Made by a program: the position numbers and the translations under genes
Shown: positions 9,026-17,915 of the stretch, in pieces
How positions within the stretch are numbered: the stretch's first letter is position 1
Layout: every line of letters begins with the position of its first letter
Notes under the pieces: model-generated
Database searches by the model: none
Told to the model about the DNA's origin: nothing
Seen by the model: only the letters and a program-made list of their open reading frames with translations
Assembly: GCA_016936695.1 (NCBI GenBank)
Contig: JAFGXK010000295.1
Span: 1-32,116 of the forward strand
Origin: Bacteroidales bacterium
Lineage (GTDB): Bacteria; Bacteroidota; Bacteroidia; Bacteroidales; VadinHA17
Direction: 5' to 3'
DNA: 32,116 nucleotides

Positions 9026-10327
9026 ATGGAAAAAAGAATTAAAACCTGTCTGCCGATAATTCTGGCAGTATCTATGTTCATTCCCTGCCTGAGCCATGCT
9101 TCCGGACCGGGAATTGATGAACCAGTTCAGTCCGGTCAGGAAAGTCTGAACAAGTCATTAGACACTAACCGGAAAGGGAAAATAATCGTCAGTGCCCGAC
9201 CGGGTGCAAAGATCAGCATTGAACAGCTGCGCCATGAATTCTGGTTCGGGTGCGCAATAAGCAACGGGCTTTCTGACGGCTGGATGAAGGAAGAAGACCT
9301 GAAACAGTACAAGGAAAAATTCCTTCAGAACTTCAATTCGGCCGTAACTGAAAATGCGGTTAAGTGGTACAGCATGGAACAAAAAAAGGATCAGGTGAAT
9401 TATGCCATCGTAGACGGGATACTTAAATGGACCGATGAAAACAACATACCGCTCAGGGGGCACAATCTCTTCTGGGGCATTCCAAAATTCGTTCAGCCCT
9501 GGATCAAGGAGCTTAACGATGAGGAACTAATGAGGAGGATAAAGGACAGGGCAATAACCGTTACTTCAAAATATAAAGGCAGGTTTGCCGGCTACGATCT
9601 TAACAATGAAATGATCCACGGTAATTATTATGAGGAGCGTCTGGGTCCGGAAATCACAAAGCTCATGGCACAATGGGCTCACGAGGGCGATCCCGACGCA
9701 CAGCTTTTCGTTAACGATTATGAGATTCTCACCGGGAAGCGGCTGGCCGACTACATGGCTCATATCAGATCTCTCCTCAGGCAGGGAATTCCCATTGAAG
9801 GCATTGGCGTCCAGGGCCACTCTCATTCAGACACCTTCGACCGCCGGCAGCTTCAGATAGCACTCGACTCACTTTCAGTTTTTAAACTTCCGATACTTAT
9901 CACCGAATTCAATATGCCCGGACAACGGTCAAAGTACTATAATGAGAAGATCATGACCATGACACCGGAAGAAGAAGAACAAAAAGCAAGGGAACTGGTT
10001 GATTTTTACAGGATCTGTTTTGCTCATCCTGCAGTTGAAGGAATACTTATGTGGGGATTCTGGGAAGGAAACAACTGGATACCCGTTTCATCGCTTTACC
10101 GCCGCGACTGGTCGCCCACACCTGCAGCCGGGGCTTACCATGACCTAATCTATAAGGAATGGTGGACCAGCGAGACTGGGACTGCCGGAGCAAACGGCAC
10201 CCTTACGGTTCCTGCCTTCTTTGGAAGGTACAGGATCACGGTCGACGGGGTATCCGCCGAAGTTGAACTAAGCAAACAAAAAGGAAGTGTTGATATTGAT
10301 CTCAGGTTAGCTTCATCGGTGCTATGA
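9026..10327 (+). CDS. GH10 endo-1,4-beta-xylanase-like glycoside hydrolase, secreted
   Basis: ENAVKW, RGHNLFW, acid/base DLNNE, LFVNDY, GIGVQGH, nucleophile ITEF and MWGFW; signal peptide. Confidence 0.9.
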   Translation: MEKRIKTCLPIILAVSMFIPCLSHASGPGIDEPVQSGQESLNKSLDTNRKGKIIVSARPGAKISIEQLRHEFWFGCAISNGLSDGWMKEEDLKQYKEKFLQNFNSAVTENAVKWYSMEQKKDQVNYAIVDGILKWTDENNIPLRGHNLFWGIPKFVQPWIKELNDEELMRRIKDRAITVTSKYKGRFAGYDLNNEMIHGNYYEERLGPEITKLMAQWAHEGDPDAQLFVNDYEILTGKRLADYMAHIRSLLRQGIPIEGIGVQGHSHSDTFDRRQLQIALDSLSVFKLPILITEFNMPGQRSKYYNEKIMTMTPEEEEQKARELVDFYRICFAHPAVEGILMWGFWEGNNWIPVSSLYRRDWSPTPAAGAYHDLIYKEWWTSETGTAGANGTLTVPAFFGRYRITVDGVSAEVELSKQKGSVDIDLRLASSVL

Positions 10328-10359
10328 CAATATAAATAATTTAATAAACCCTCAATACA

Positions 10360-11331
10360 ATGAAATACAGAATATTCGGAAGGACAAACTGGAAGGTCAG
10401 CGAGATTGGCTACGGGATGTGGGGAATGGCAGGCTGGACCGGTTCAGATGATGAAGAATCGCTGGAATCACTTCAGCTTGCTGCCGACCTGGGCTGCACA
10501 TTCTTCGACACTGCCTGGGGATACGGTGCAGGTAAAAGCGAAGGACTGCTCGGAAAACTGGTAAGGGCAAATCCTGATAAAAAGCTTTACACGGCTACCA
10601 AGATGCCGCCAAAGAACTTCAAATGGCCGGCAAGAAGGGAATACACACTCGACGACTGCTTCCCTCCCGACCATATCGAGGAATACGTAAACAGAAGTCT
10701 TAAAAATTCAGGACTTGATTCGTTCGATCTGATGCAGTTTCATACATGGGAAGACAGCTGGCTCGAGGATGACCGTGGAATAAAAAAGATGCTCGAACTA
10801 AAGGAACAGGGCCTGTTTCATGCCATTGGCATCAGCGTTAACCGCTGGGAACCATGGAACGGAGTAATAGCAGTGAGAAGCGGACTGATCGATTCAGTGC
10901 AGGTTATTTACAACATCTTCGATCAGAATCCCAAGGATGAGTTATTCCCTGCCTGCCGTGAGATGAATGTGGCCGTAATTGCCCGTGTTCCCCTCGATGA
11001 AGGCACTCTTACCGGAACACTTACCAAAGATTCAAAGTGGCCCGAAGGCGACTGGCGTAATACCTATTTCGTCCCTGAAAACCTCAATGCCAGTGTTGAC
11101 AGGGCTGAAGCCCTCAGGCCACTGATCCCTGAAGGTATGACCATGCCGGAAATGGCTCTCCGGTTTATTCTTGGCGAACCGACTGTAAGCACTATTATCC
11201 CCGGTATGAGGAAGCCATCGCATGCAAAGGCAAACATAGCTGCAAGCGATGCCGGTCTGCTGGAGCCTGAACTGATGAAGCAGCTCGAAAAACACCGCTG
11301 GGACAGGAGACCGACGAAATGGTCGCAGTAG
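10360..11331 (+). CDS. Aldo/keto reductase
   Basis: VSEIGYGMW, FDTAWGYG (Asp/Tyr), ATK (Lys), QVIYNIF and IIPG motifs. Confidence 0.93.
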   Translation: MKYRIFGRTNWKVSEIGYGMWGMAGWTGSDDEESLESLQLAADLGCTFFDTAWGYGAGKSEGLLGKLVRANPDKKLYTATKMPPKNFKWPARREYTLDDCFPPDHIEEYVNRSLKNSGLDSFDLMQFHTWEDSWLEDDRGIKKMLELKEQGLFHAIGISVNRWEPWNGVIAVRSGLIDSVQVIYNIFDQNPKDELFPACREMNVAVIARVPLDEGTLTGTLTKDSKWPEGDWRNTYFVPENLNASVDRAEALRPLIPEGMTMPEMALRFILGEPTVSTIIPGMRKPSHAKANIAASDAGLLEPELMKQLEKHRWDRRPTKWSQ

Positions 11332-11370
11332 TGTAAACCGCCCCGGCCGGGTTCAGGACAGACGAAAAAC

Positions 11371-11404
11371 GAAACGGCCTTTTCTGAGGCCGTTTCTCTT
11401 TTCT
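11371..11404. terminator. Probable bidirectional intrinsic terminator
   Basis: Perfect 10-bp stem GAAACGGCCT / AGGCCGTTTC with a 6-nt loop, T-rich on the right and A-rich on the left, between convergent genes. Confidence 0.8.
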
Positions 11405-11408
11405 TCAT

Positions 11409-13280
11409 CTATTGGGTCTTTGCTACCCTGTCAACAGGAGGGATCTTTCCGGAATGGATTTCATAAAGCCTCGCATTAGTCTCCCTTGCCGCATCAATAA
11501 GCTCCCCGTATGGCCTGTCGGCGACATCGACCATGCCGATATTGTAGTTCTCCCCGTCACCTCTTCCGGTTGAGGGCTGGTCCCACCACTGGAACCAATG
11601 TGTTCCTATCAGATTAGGATGAGCAACAGCATTCTCAACATAATAACGGTATGCAGCTCCGCGTTCCTCCTGGCTGATGGTCTGCCTTAAACCGGGTGAC
11701 AGTCCCCTCTCGGTGGTCCCGAAATGAAATTCTCCAATTATTATTGGAAGACCGGTAAACTCAGCAATCCTGTCAAGCCTCCTGTGATCAGCGAAATAGC
11801 TGTAAATATTAAGGCTGAACACATCAAAGCCCACTGAAGCAGAAGATTTAACAAGATCTTCCGGAGGGTCACCTCCGAAACGCAGTCCGAGGTTCAGGTG
11901 ATTCGGGTCATGCTTCCTTATCGATTTGTTCACAAGGGTGATAAATCTGGTATAAGTGTCATAAACAAAAGCCTTCCGGCGTTCGGGAGTATCGCCTCCC
12001 TTAAGAAATTCCTGAAGAGCCTTCTTCATGGGAGTGTCATCACCTTCCAGGATAACCCTTACCAGCTCCATCTCCCTTCCGGGCCATGGTGGTTCATTTC
12101 CTACAAAATAACCCAGCAGGAAGGGATCGTTCCTGAGAGGCTCACACTGACGGGCGGCAGCAGCATCAACCATAGCCTCGTAATCAGGGGAATAGACATC
12201 AGGCATACCCATGGTTTTTGCATCAAAACCCCACCCCGACAGTGTTGCCACATAAGGCATGCCGACTGCTCGTCCCAGGGTGGGATCCGACCAGTTGGCA
12301 ACTGTATTCAGCCCCCAGTCGTCCATGCGCCTGGCGGTAAACTCCATCCATTTCTGGTAATAATCTGGACCAAACCTCCTGTAGAGATTCCAGGTAAAGA
12401 ATGAAGCCTTCCCAAGCCTGCGGTCGGAGGTTTTAAGTTCTTCGGGAACAAATGATTTGTAAATATATTCCCTTCCTTCTGTGCGGGCAAATGAACCACC
12501 CGCACTTATTCCGGTACTGCCGGCAGAAATGAAATAATGGCCCTGCGGGTCGATGAACCACCATATTCCGTCGATCTTCTCCACCCTGAAAAATCCGGTA
12601 GCTGCGGCCCTGGTTTCAAGATAACCTCCATAATCCGATACATTGAACCGATCGGTCCGGAGAGCCTTGTCTTCCTCATTCCAGGCAGCCTGTAGATCCT
12701 CAATGGCAGCCGCTTTGCCCGGCCATCCGGCGGGGATCCATTGTCCGAATTCATCCACAAGGGGGACCGGGCTGAGAACTGAATCCTCTGGCGTCATTGT
12801 AAGCCGAAGATTTCTTATTTCAAGGACAGGAGAGCCAATGGGCTGGTCCATAAGGAATCCTATTGAATCGACCTGGTTTATGGTTCCGACACTGCCGCTG
12901 AAACCGAGGCCGTAGCCGGGCATCCCCTTTTGTCCTATTGCGGCCATATCGTGCCCTATAACGTTCCTAAACTGAAAGTTGGCAAGGGGAATGGAAGCCC
13001 TTACCCATGCTCCCTGAAACGGGAGAATTCTGAGCCTTCTGACCCCTCCTGTATCGTAAAGACTTACATGGAAACGTTGTGTGGAGGAGGCCCTGAAATC
13101 AATTGTCAGAAAGCCGAACGAGGACCAGTCAGCCGGCAGATCCGGATTAAGATCCTTAACAGCCCATTTCTTCTCAAAGGACTTACCTTCGAAAGTAACT
13201 GTTTTGACATCATCGCTCTTTCTGCAGGAAGTCCCGGCAATCAGAGACAGAAAAATAAGAATAAAAGGAATCTTTTTCAT
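11409..13280 (-). CDS. GH50-like (beta-agarase family) glycoside hydrolase lipoprotein; substrate uncertain
   Basis: Lipobox GTSC; VDEFGQW, TGFFRVEKIDGIWWFIDPQG, WGLNTVANWS, catalytic GNE and IIGEFHFG, WFQWWDQP..GR.DGENYNIG. Confidence 0.82.
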   Translation of the reverse strand: MKKIPFILIFLSLIAGTSCRKSDDVKTVTFEGKSFEKKWAVKDLNPDLPADWSSFGFLTIDFRASSTQRFHVSLYDTGGVRRLRILPFQGAWVRASIPLANFQFRNVIGHDMAAIGQKGMPGYGLGFSGSVGTINQVDSIGFLMDQPIGSPVLEIRNLRLTMTPEDSVLSPVPLVDEFGQWIPAGWPGKAAAIEDLQAAWNEEDKALRTDRFNVSDYGGYLETRAAATGFFRVEKIDGIWWFIDPQGHYFISAGSTGISAGGSFARTEGREYIYKSFVPEELKTSDRRLGKASFFTWNLYRRFGPDYYQKWMEFTARRMDDWGLNTVANWSDPTLGRAVGMPYVATLSGWGFDAKTMGMPDVYSPDYEAMVDAAAARQCEPLRNDPFLLGYFVGNEPPWPGREMELVRVILEGDDTPMKKALQEFLKGGDTPERRKAFVYDTYTRFITLVNKSIRKHDPNHLNLGLRFGGDPPEDLVKSSASVGFDVFSLNIYSYFADHRRLDRIAEFTGLPIIIGEFHFGTTERGLSPGLRQTISQEERGAAYRYYVENAVAHPNLIGTHWFQWWDQPSTGRGDGENYNIGMVDVADRPYGELIDAARETNARLYEIHSGKIPPVDRVAKTQ

Positions 13281-13363
13281 TTAGTCAGGCTTTTCAAGGT
13301 TATCAGTAGGCTTAAAGTTATGAAAACAATGGCAGAAAATCAACATCCGGTCTGGCGAAGAAA

Positions 13364-13464
13364 TGTTCTGCCGGTTTTGCTGTTCTGCCGGTTCTTCTGG
13401 TTAAACAGATTCAGCAAGCATATCATCTGCGAAACTTCTGCGAATAAATCTGCGTTAATCTGCG
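13364..13464. repeat. Intergenic short direct repeats
   Basis: TGTTCTGCCGGTT twice (13364 and 13381); TCTGCG four times (13426, 13437, 13449, 13459). Confidence 0.7.
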
Positions 13465-13539
13465 AGAACTTTTTTCTTGCCAGCCCTATTAACCATACAC
13501 GATCATCTCTATGTATGGTATCTTTCTGTTCAAATAAAA

Positions 13540-13591
13540 TTTGCATAACAAAATTATTATTGATTCCTTTGTTATAACAATGTTATAACAT
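13540..13591 (+). promoter_or_regulatory. Putative sigmaA promoter overlapped by tandem palindromic operator of the mazEF-like locus
   Basis: TTTG (13540) - N20 - TTCCTTTG (one mismatch to TAnnTTTG). Palindromes TTGTTATAACAA (13569-13580) and ATGTTATAACAT (13580-13591) end 10 bp before the antitoxin ATG. Confidence 0.7.
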
Positions 13592-13601
13592 CGTCTAACC
13601 A

Positions 13602-13811
13602 ATGGAAATACAGGTAATTCAGATCGGGAATTCAAAGGGGATCATTCTCAGCAGAGCGATCCTCGAGAGGTATAACATCCAGAACAAGGTAGTGCTTGAG
13701 CTGAGGAAAAACCATATCAACATCACGCCGTTAAAACAGCCGAGGGAAGGCTGGGATAAGTCACTTACCGACATGAATGCAAAGGGAGAGGATATTCTGC
13801 TTTTGAAATAA
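13602..13811 (+). CDS. mazE: AbrB/MazE/SpoVT-family antitoxin, apparently lacking the acidic C-terminal tail
   Basis: IQIGNSKGIILS AbrB-fold motif and PREGWD; ends at GEDILLLK. Confidence 0.8.
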   Translation: MEIQVIQIGNSKGIILSRAILERYNIQNKVVLELRKNHINITPLKQPREGWDKSLTDMNAKGEDILLLK

Positions 13812-13838
13812 ACAACCATTCAGTAAAACCGAAATGTA

Positions 13839-14162
13839 ATGGAAGCAAACCAGTACAGCATAGTGCTTGTAGCTCAGGATTCAGCATCAGGCAACGAACC
13901 ACCCGACAGCATGCAATGCGTGGTCATCTCTCCCGCTGAGATGAACAAGTCTCTGAGAACAGTTACAGTGGCTCCTATTGGAGCTGATACGGGAGATTAC
14001 CCGACCAGGGTGAAAATAAAAGCAGGTAACAAACCGTCCAGAATAATGCTCGATCAGATCATCACTATAGAAAATAAAAGGATCCTGAAAATCACTGGCG
14101 ATCTGGCGCCTGCAGAAGTAAAGAAGGTAAGGTCGGTTCTGAAGGAAATCTTTATCGATTAG
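13839..14162 (+). CDS. mazF: PemK/MazF-family protein with substituted catalytic residues
   Basis: QYSIVLV, CVVISPAEMN, YPTRV and LDQI.TI..KRI match MazF/PemK. The RP motif reads MQ and the PxT motif reads PIG. Confidence 0.8.
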   Translation: MEANQYSIVLVAQDSASGNEPPDSMQCVVISPAEMNKSLRTVTVAPIGADTGDYPTRVKIKAGNKPSRIMLDQIITIENKRILKITGDLAPAEVKKVRSVLKEIFID

Positions 14163-14224
14163 CACAACTCCGTGAATATTATCAATATTTTAATCTTCAC
14201 TTTGTAAAACTGTAAAGAGTTACC

Positions 14225-14821
14225 ATGAATGGCATAAAAAGGATATCGGTCTTTTGTGGCTCAAGCCGGGGGAACGATGATATCTTTGAAAAGCAGGCAT
14301 TCAGATTGGGCGAGACACTTGCTTCAAGGAAGATAGGACTTGTTTACGGGGGTACGAAAATCGGTTTGATGAATGCGGTCGCAAACGGCGCTCTGAGCAG
14401 AGGCGGAGAGGTTACGGGAGTCCTGCCGCGGTTCATTAAAGACAAGGGAATAGCACACGACAACCTTACCGAACTTGTCCTGGTTGATACAATGCATGAA
14501 CGAAAGACCAGAATGCACGAGCTGTCCGAGGGGATAATTGCCCTTCCCGGAGGCTTCGGCACTATGGAGGAATTCTTTGAGATACTCACCTGGGGCCAGC
14601 TCGGACTTCACAGAAAACCCGCGGGACTGCTTAACATCAACGGATTCTATGATCCGCTTATGGCTCTTGCATCGACAATGAATGCGTATGGTTTTATCAG
14701 GGAATCGAGCAGGCGGATGCTTCTCATAAGCGACAATATCGACACACTTCTTGATATAATGGAGGATTATACTGCTCCGGCAGTCGACAAATGGTCAGTT
14801 AAAAAGGATTTGCAGGCATGA
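14225..14821 (+). CDS. LOG family (TIGR00730-type) nucleotide phosphoribohydrolase
   Basis: VFCGSS, LVYGG..IGLM, MHERK and the PGGFGTMEE signature. Confidence 0.93.
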   Translation: MNGIKRISVFCGSSRGNDDIFEKQAFRLGETLASRKIGLVYGGTKIGLMNAVANGALSRGGEVTGVLPRFIKDKGIAHDNLTELVLVDTMHERKTRMHELSEGIIALPGGFGTMEEFFEILTWGQLGLHRKPAGLLNINGFYDPLMALASTMNAYGFIRESSRRMLLISDNIDTLLDIMEDYTAPAVDKWSVKKDLQA

Positions 14822-14855
14822 CCTTCGATCTTAAAACAAATAACAGCTTCAATAC

Positions 14856-15554
14856 ATGACAAGCAAACAGGATAAAAAGAAAAAAACTGCAGTTGTTTTC
14901 GGAGCAACCGGCCTTATCGGGAAAGAACTTGTAAAGACTCTTCTCAACGACGATTCATACGAAAGAGTAACGGTTGTTGTAAGGAGCCCTCTGGCTCTTC
15001 CCGACTCAAAGCTAAGCCAGATAAAGCTTACTGATTTCTCAAAGCTTTCTGAACTGAAGGGACATCTGAAATCAGGCAACTGGTTCTGCTGTCTTGGGAC
15101 CACAATCAAAACTGCAGGTTCCCGGGAAGCCTTTGCCAACGTCGATCTCGAAATGCCGAAAGCGATTGCCGGACTTGCCGAAGCTGCTTCCGCAGAATCG
15201 CTGGTAGTTATATCATCGATCGGGGCTAATGCTTCTTCTTCAAATTTCTACCTCAGGACCAAGGGAGAAATGGAGATGGCTGTGATGGCTATCTACAAAG
15301 GGAACCTCAAATTCGTACGACCCTCTCTGCTGATGGGCGACAGAGTCGAATTCCGCCTTGCAGAAAGTATTTCAGCCGTTTTCATGAAAGCATTCGGATG
15401 GATGATGATCGGAACCCTGAGGAAATACCGGGGCATTAAGGCCGGTGATCTGGCCAGGGCAATGATAATAATTTCAAATGGCCCTGCTGAAAAAGTAACC
15501 TATGAATCGGATGAACTGCAAAAAGTTGCAAAAGAATCAAATATGTTGAAATAA
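14856..15554 (+). CDS. NAD(P)-binding atypical SDR (YraR/TIP30-like)
   Basis: GATGLIG, FCCLGTTIKTAGS, ISSIGA, FYLRTKGEME and RPSLLMG. Confidence 0.88.
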   Translation: MTSKQDKKKKTAVVFGATGLIGKELVKTLLNDDSYERVTVVVRSPLALPDSKLSQIKLTDFSKLSELKGHLKSGNWFCCLGTTIKTAGSREAFANVDLEMPKAIAGLAEAASAESLVVISSIGANASSSNFYLRTKGEMEMAVMAIYKGNLKFVRPSLLMGDRVEFRLAESISAVFMKAFGWMMIGTLRKYRGIKAGDLARAMIIISNGPAEKVTYESDELQKVAKESNMLK

Positions 15555-15583
15555 GAAATACAATCTTATAATACAATCCAAAA

Positions 15584-16819
15584 ATGAAAAGAATAATCAT
15601 ACCCGTAATTTCATGTATCCTGCTGGCACCGTTTGTCAGCGGGCAGAACAGGGACAAGGCAGTTTTCAGGGAATCGAAGCCTGGATTTTATCAGAATTCA
15701 ATAATGAAGGATGACCGTGAAGTAAGGGAAAAAGCCAGTCCGCTCCAGGTCACAAGGACTTTTTCGGTTGACCTGGCCGGAGCATCGCTACCCAACAAGA
15801 TCGACCTTTACAAGAACCAGTGGCATACTCCCCCTGTGTCGCAGGGAAACACAAGCACATGCTGGAGCTTCAGCACCACATCATTCCTTGAATCAGAGGC
15901 ATACAGGATAAGCAAGCAAAAGGTAAAGCTGTCGGAGATGTACACCGTTTACTGGGAGTATGTTGAAAAAACAAAGCGTTTCGTGAGGGAAAGAGGCAAC
16001 TCGGCATTTGCCGAAGGTTCGGAAGCAAACGCCGTCACAAGGATGTGGAAGCTTTACGGGATAGTGCCCCTTGAATATTACACAGGTCTGACCGGCGGCC
16101 GTAAGTATCACAATCATGAGGATATGTTCAGCGAACTGAGCGGTTTTCTTGCATCTGTAAAGGCAAATTCTTTGTGGAACGAAGATTATGTAATCGAGAC
16201 CATAAAATCGATAATGAACCATCACATGGGAGTGCCGCCCGCTGAGATCACGGTAAACGGCCGGAAGATGACTCCGCTTCAGTACCTGACCGATGTGCTC
16301 AGGATAAATCCCGATGATTATGTCGACATCCTCTCCTACCGGCAGGAACCATTCTACAGGCAGGTTGAATACAAGGTCCCGGATAACTGGTGGCACAGCG
16401 ATATTTATTATAACATCCCGCTCGATGAATTCATGTCAGCCCTTAAAAATGCAGTCAGGAAAGGCTTCACTGTAAGCATAGGAGGAGATGTGTCGGAACC
16501 AGGTCTTGACCGCACCACACAGTGCGCGGTAATACCTGATTTTGATATCCCGGCTGAATACATAAACGATGATGCCCGGCAGTTCAGGTTCTCGAATCAC
16601 ACTACCACCGACGATCACGGGATGCATATCGTGGGTTACGCCGAGAAGGACGGGAAGGACTGGTACATGCTGAAAGACTCGGGCGCCGGATCAAAGAACA
16701 ATGATCCCAATGCCAGGGAGTGGGGCTATTATTTCTTTTCTGAAGGCTACGTGAAACTTAAGATGATGGATTTCATGGTCCACAAGGATGCAGTAAAGGA
16801 AGTTATGGCAAAATTCTAA
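15584..16819 (+). CDS. Secreted papain-clan C1 cysteine peptidase (aminopeptidase C-like)
   Basis: QGNTSTCWSF (oxyanion Gln and catalytic Cys), DDHGMHIVG (His), and KDSG in place of the usual KNSW. Signal peptide followed by Gln. Confidence 0.87.
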   Translation: MKRIIIPVISCILLAPFVSGQNRDKAVFRESKPGFYQNSIMKDDREVREKASPLQVTRTFSVDLAGASLPNKIDLYKNQWHTPPVSQGNTSTCWSFSTTSFLESEAYRISKQKVKLSEMYTVYWEYVEKTKRFVRERGNSAFAEGSEANAVTRMWKLYGIVPLEYYTGLTGGRKYHNHEDMFSELSGFLASVKANSLWNEDYVIETIKSIMNHHMGVPPAEITVNGRKMTPLQYLTDVLRINPDDYVDILSYRQEPFYRQVEYKVPDNWWHSDIYYNIPLDEFMSALKNAVRKGFTVSIGGDVSEPGLDRTTQCAVIPDFDIPAEYINDDARQFRFSNHTTTDDHGMHIVGYAEKDGKDWYMLKDSGAGSKNNDPNAREWGYYFFSEGYVKLKMMDFMVHKDAVKEVMAKF

Positions 16820-16879
16820 AATTACTGCACTCCTGATTCAGATGCTTCGTTCATCGATTGCCTGCATTCAGGACTTCTT

Positions 16880-17062
16880 TCACCTTTTACGGTAAGAATA
16901 AGCATCCCTGTAAACCTTGTTGATGCCGTCGGCCCGGTACGACTTTTTCTGAAAGGCTGACGATGTAACATTGTTTGCAGAATCGCTGTATGCAGGACAT
17001 ACCTCACTGTTGCACGAAGCAAGAAGGATAACGGCCGATATTATCAACAGAAATTTCTTCAT
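16880..17062 (-). CDS. Small lipoprotein with CPAY motif
   Basis: MKKFLLIISAVILLASC is a clear lipoprotein signal; mature part begins CNSEVCPAY; AT-rich upstream region. Confidence 0.75.
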   Translation of the reverse strand: MKKFLLIISAVILLASCNSEVCPAYSDSANNVTSSAFQKKSYRADGINKVYRDAYSYRKR

Positions 17063-17154
17063 AGGTGTAAATATAAATATTCAGACTCAATTATCTTACA
17101 ATTTCTCCATCTGAACATTTATATTATTCCCTTGTTTAAATAAAAAAGCTACCT

Positions 17155-17658
17155 ATGAAACAAGCGTCTGGCATACTTACAAGGATCGTTAATACAACAG
17201 ATGACAGCAAACTTGTTTTTGTGAGGATGATCGTGGGGGTGATTTTTGTCTCTGAGGGAATTCAGAAATACCTCATTGTTTCCCTTCTCGGACCTTCCTA
17301 TTTTCAGGATATCGGGTTCGGACATGCAATGTTCTGGTCTTATTTCACAGGTACCTTCGAGCTTTTATGCGGGCTGCTTGTGATTGCGGGTCTTTTTACA
17401 AGGCTTGCGACCATTCCGCTGCTGACAATAATGATAATAGCTTACTTCACTGCCAAACTCCCCGTGCTTATAGACAAAGGATTTCTGTCGTTCGCCCAGG
17501 TTTATAGGATCGATTATGCTCTTACGATACTGATCGTAATGCTGTTGATCTATGGCGGCGGACGATGGTCAGCTGATCTCAGAATACTAAGATCTCCAAA
17601 GAAGAGAGACATGGGGGGACAGGACAGCAAAAATCCTGGGAATAAATTACCTGCGTGA
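17155..17658 (+). CDS. DoxX family membrane protein
   Basis: R..VG.IFVSEGIQK, E..CGLL...GLFTR and GGGRWSAD; about four hydrophobic segments. Confidence 0.88.
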   Translation: MKQASGILTRIVNTTDDSKLVFVRMIVGVIFVSEGIQKYLIVSLLGPSYFQDIGFGHAMFWSYFTGTFELLCGLLVIAGLFTRLATIPLLTIMIIAYFTAKLPVLIDKGFLSFAQVYRIDYALTILIVMLLIYGGGRWSADLRILRSPKKRDMGGQDSKNPGNKLPA

Positions 17659-17915
17659 AAAAGCACTTAATGACACCTGAAAAAAGTACACTTTTATTTA
17701 GCCGCCTTATTGTTGAAAAAGAAAGGTAAAATTTAGCTATGTGATGAACGGATGTTTTTCATTGATGAAGGCACATATTTCTTTGACTAATGAGATTGAC
17801 TTTGGCAGCGCAATTTCTGAAATTTGTATGTGAATCTCAGTGGGAGCATCACAGTTCTCTCAAGATGTTGATAATTTCTGCGCACCACAAAGAATTAAAT
17901 AGTATAATCTGGTGA

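Noticed and set aside
4093-12915. Numerous 60-180 aa alternative-frame ORFs in the track
   Set aside because: They are antisense or out-of-frame shadows of long, motif-supported genes.
13340-13546. 68-aa minus-strand ORF, and the overlapping plus-strand ORF 12930..13577
   Set aside because: They span the TCTGCG repeat and regulatory region or run antisense to GH50, with no protein-like features.
14225-14821. LOG protein as part of an anti-phage (SLOG) system with the TA pair
   Set aside because: It is a canonical stand-alone housekeeping LOG with PGGxGTxEE, has no fused effector domain, and is followed by housekeeping genes.
16831-16873. Imperfect inverted repeat between the C1 peptidase and the small lipoprotein gene
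   Set aside because: The stem is bulged with a long loop and a weak U-tract, too poor to call as a terminator.
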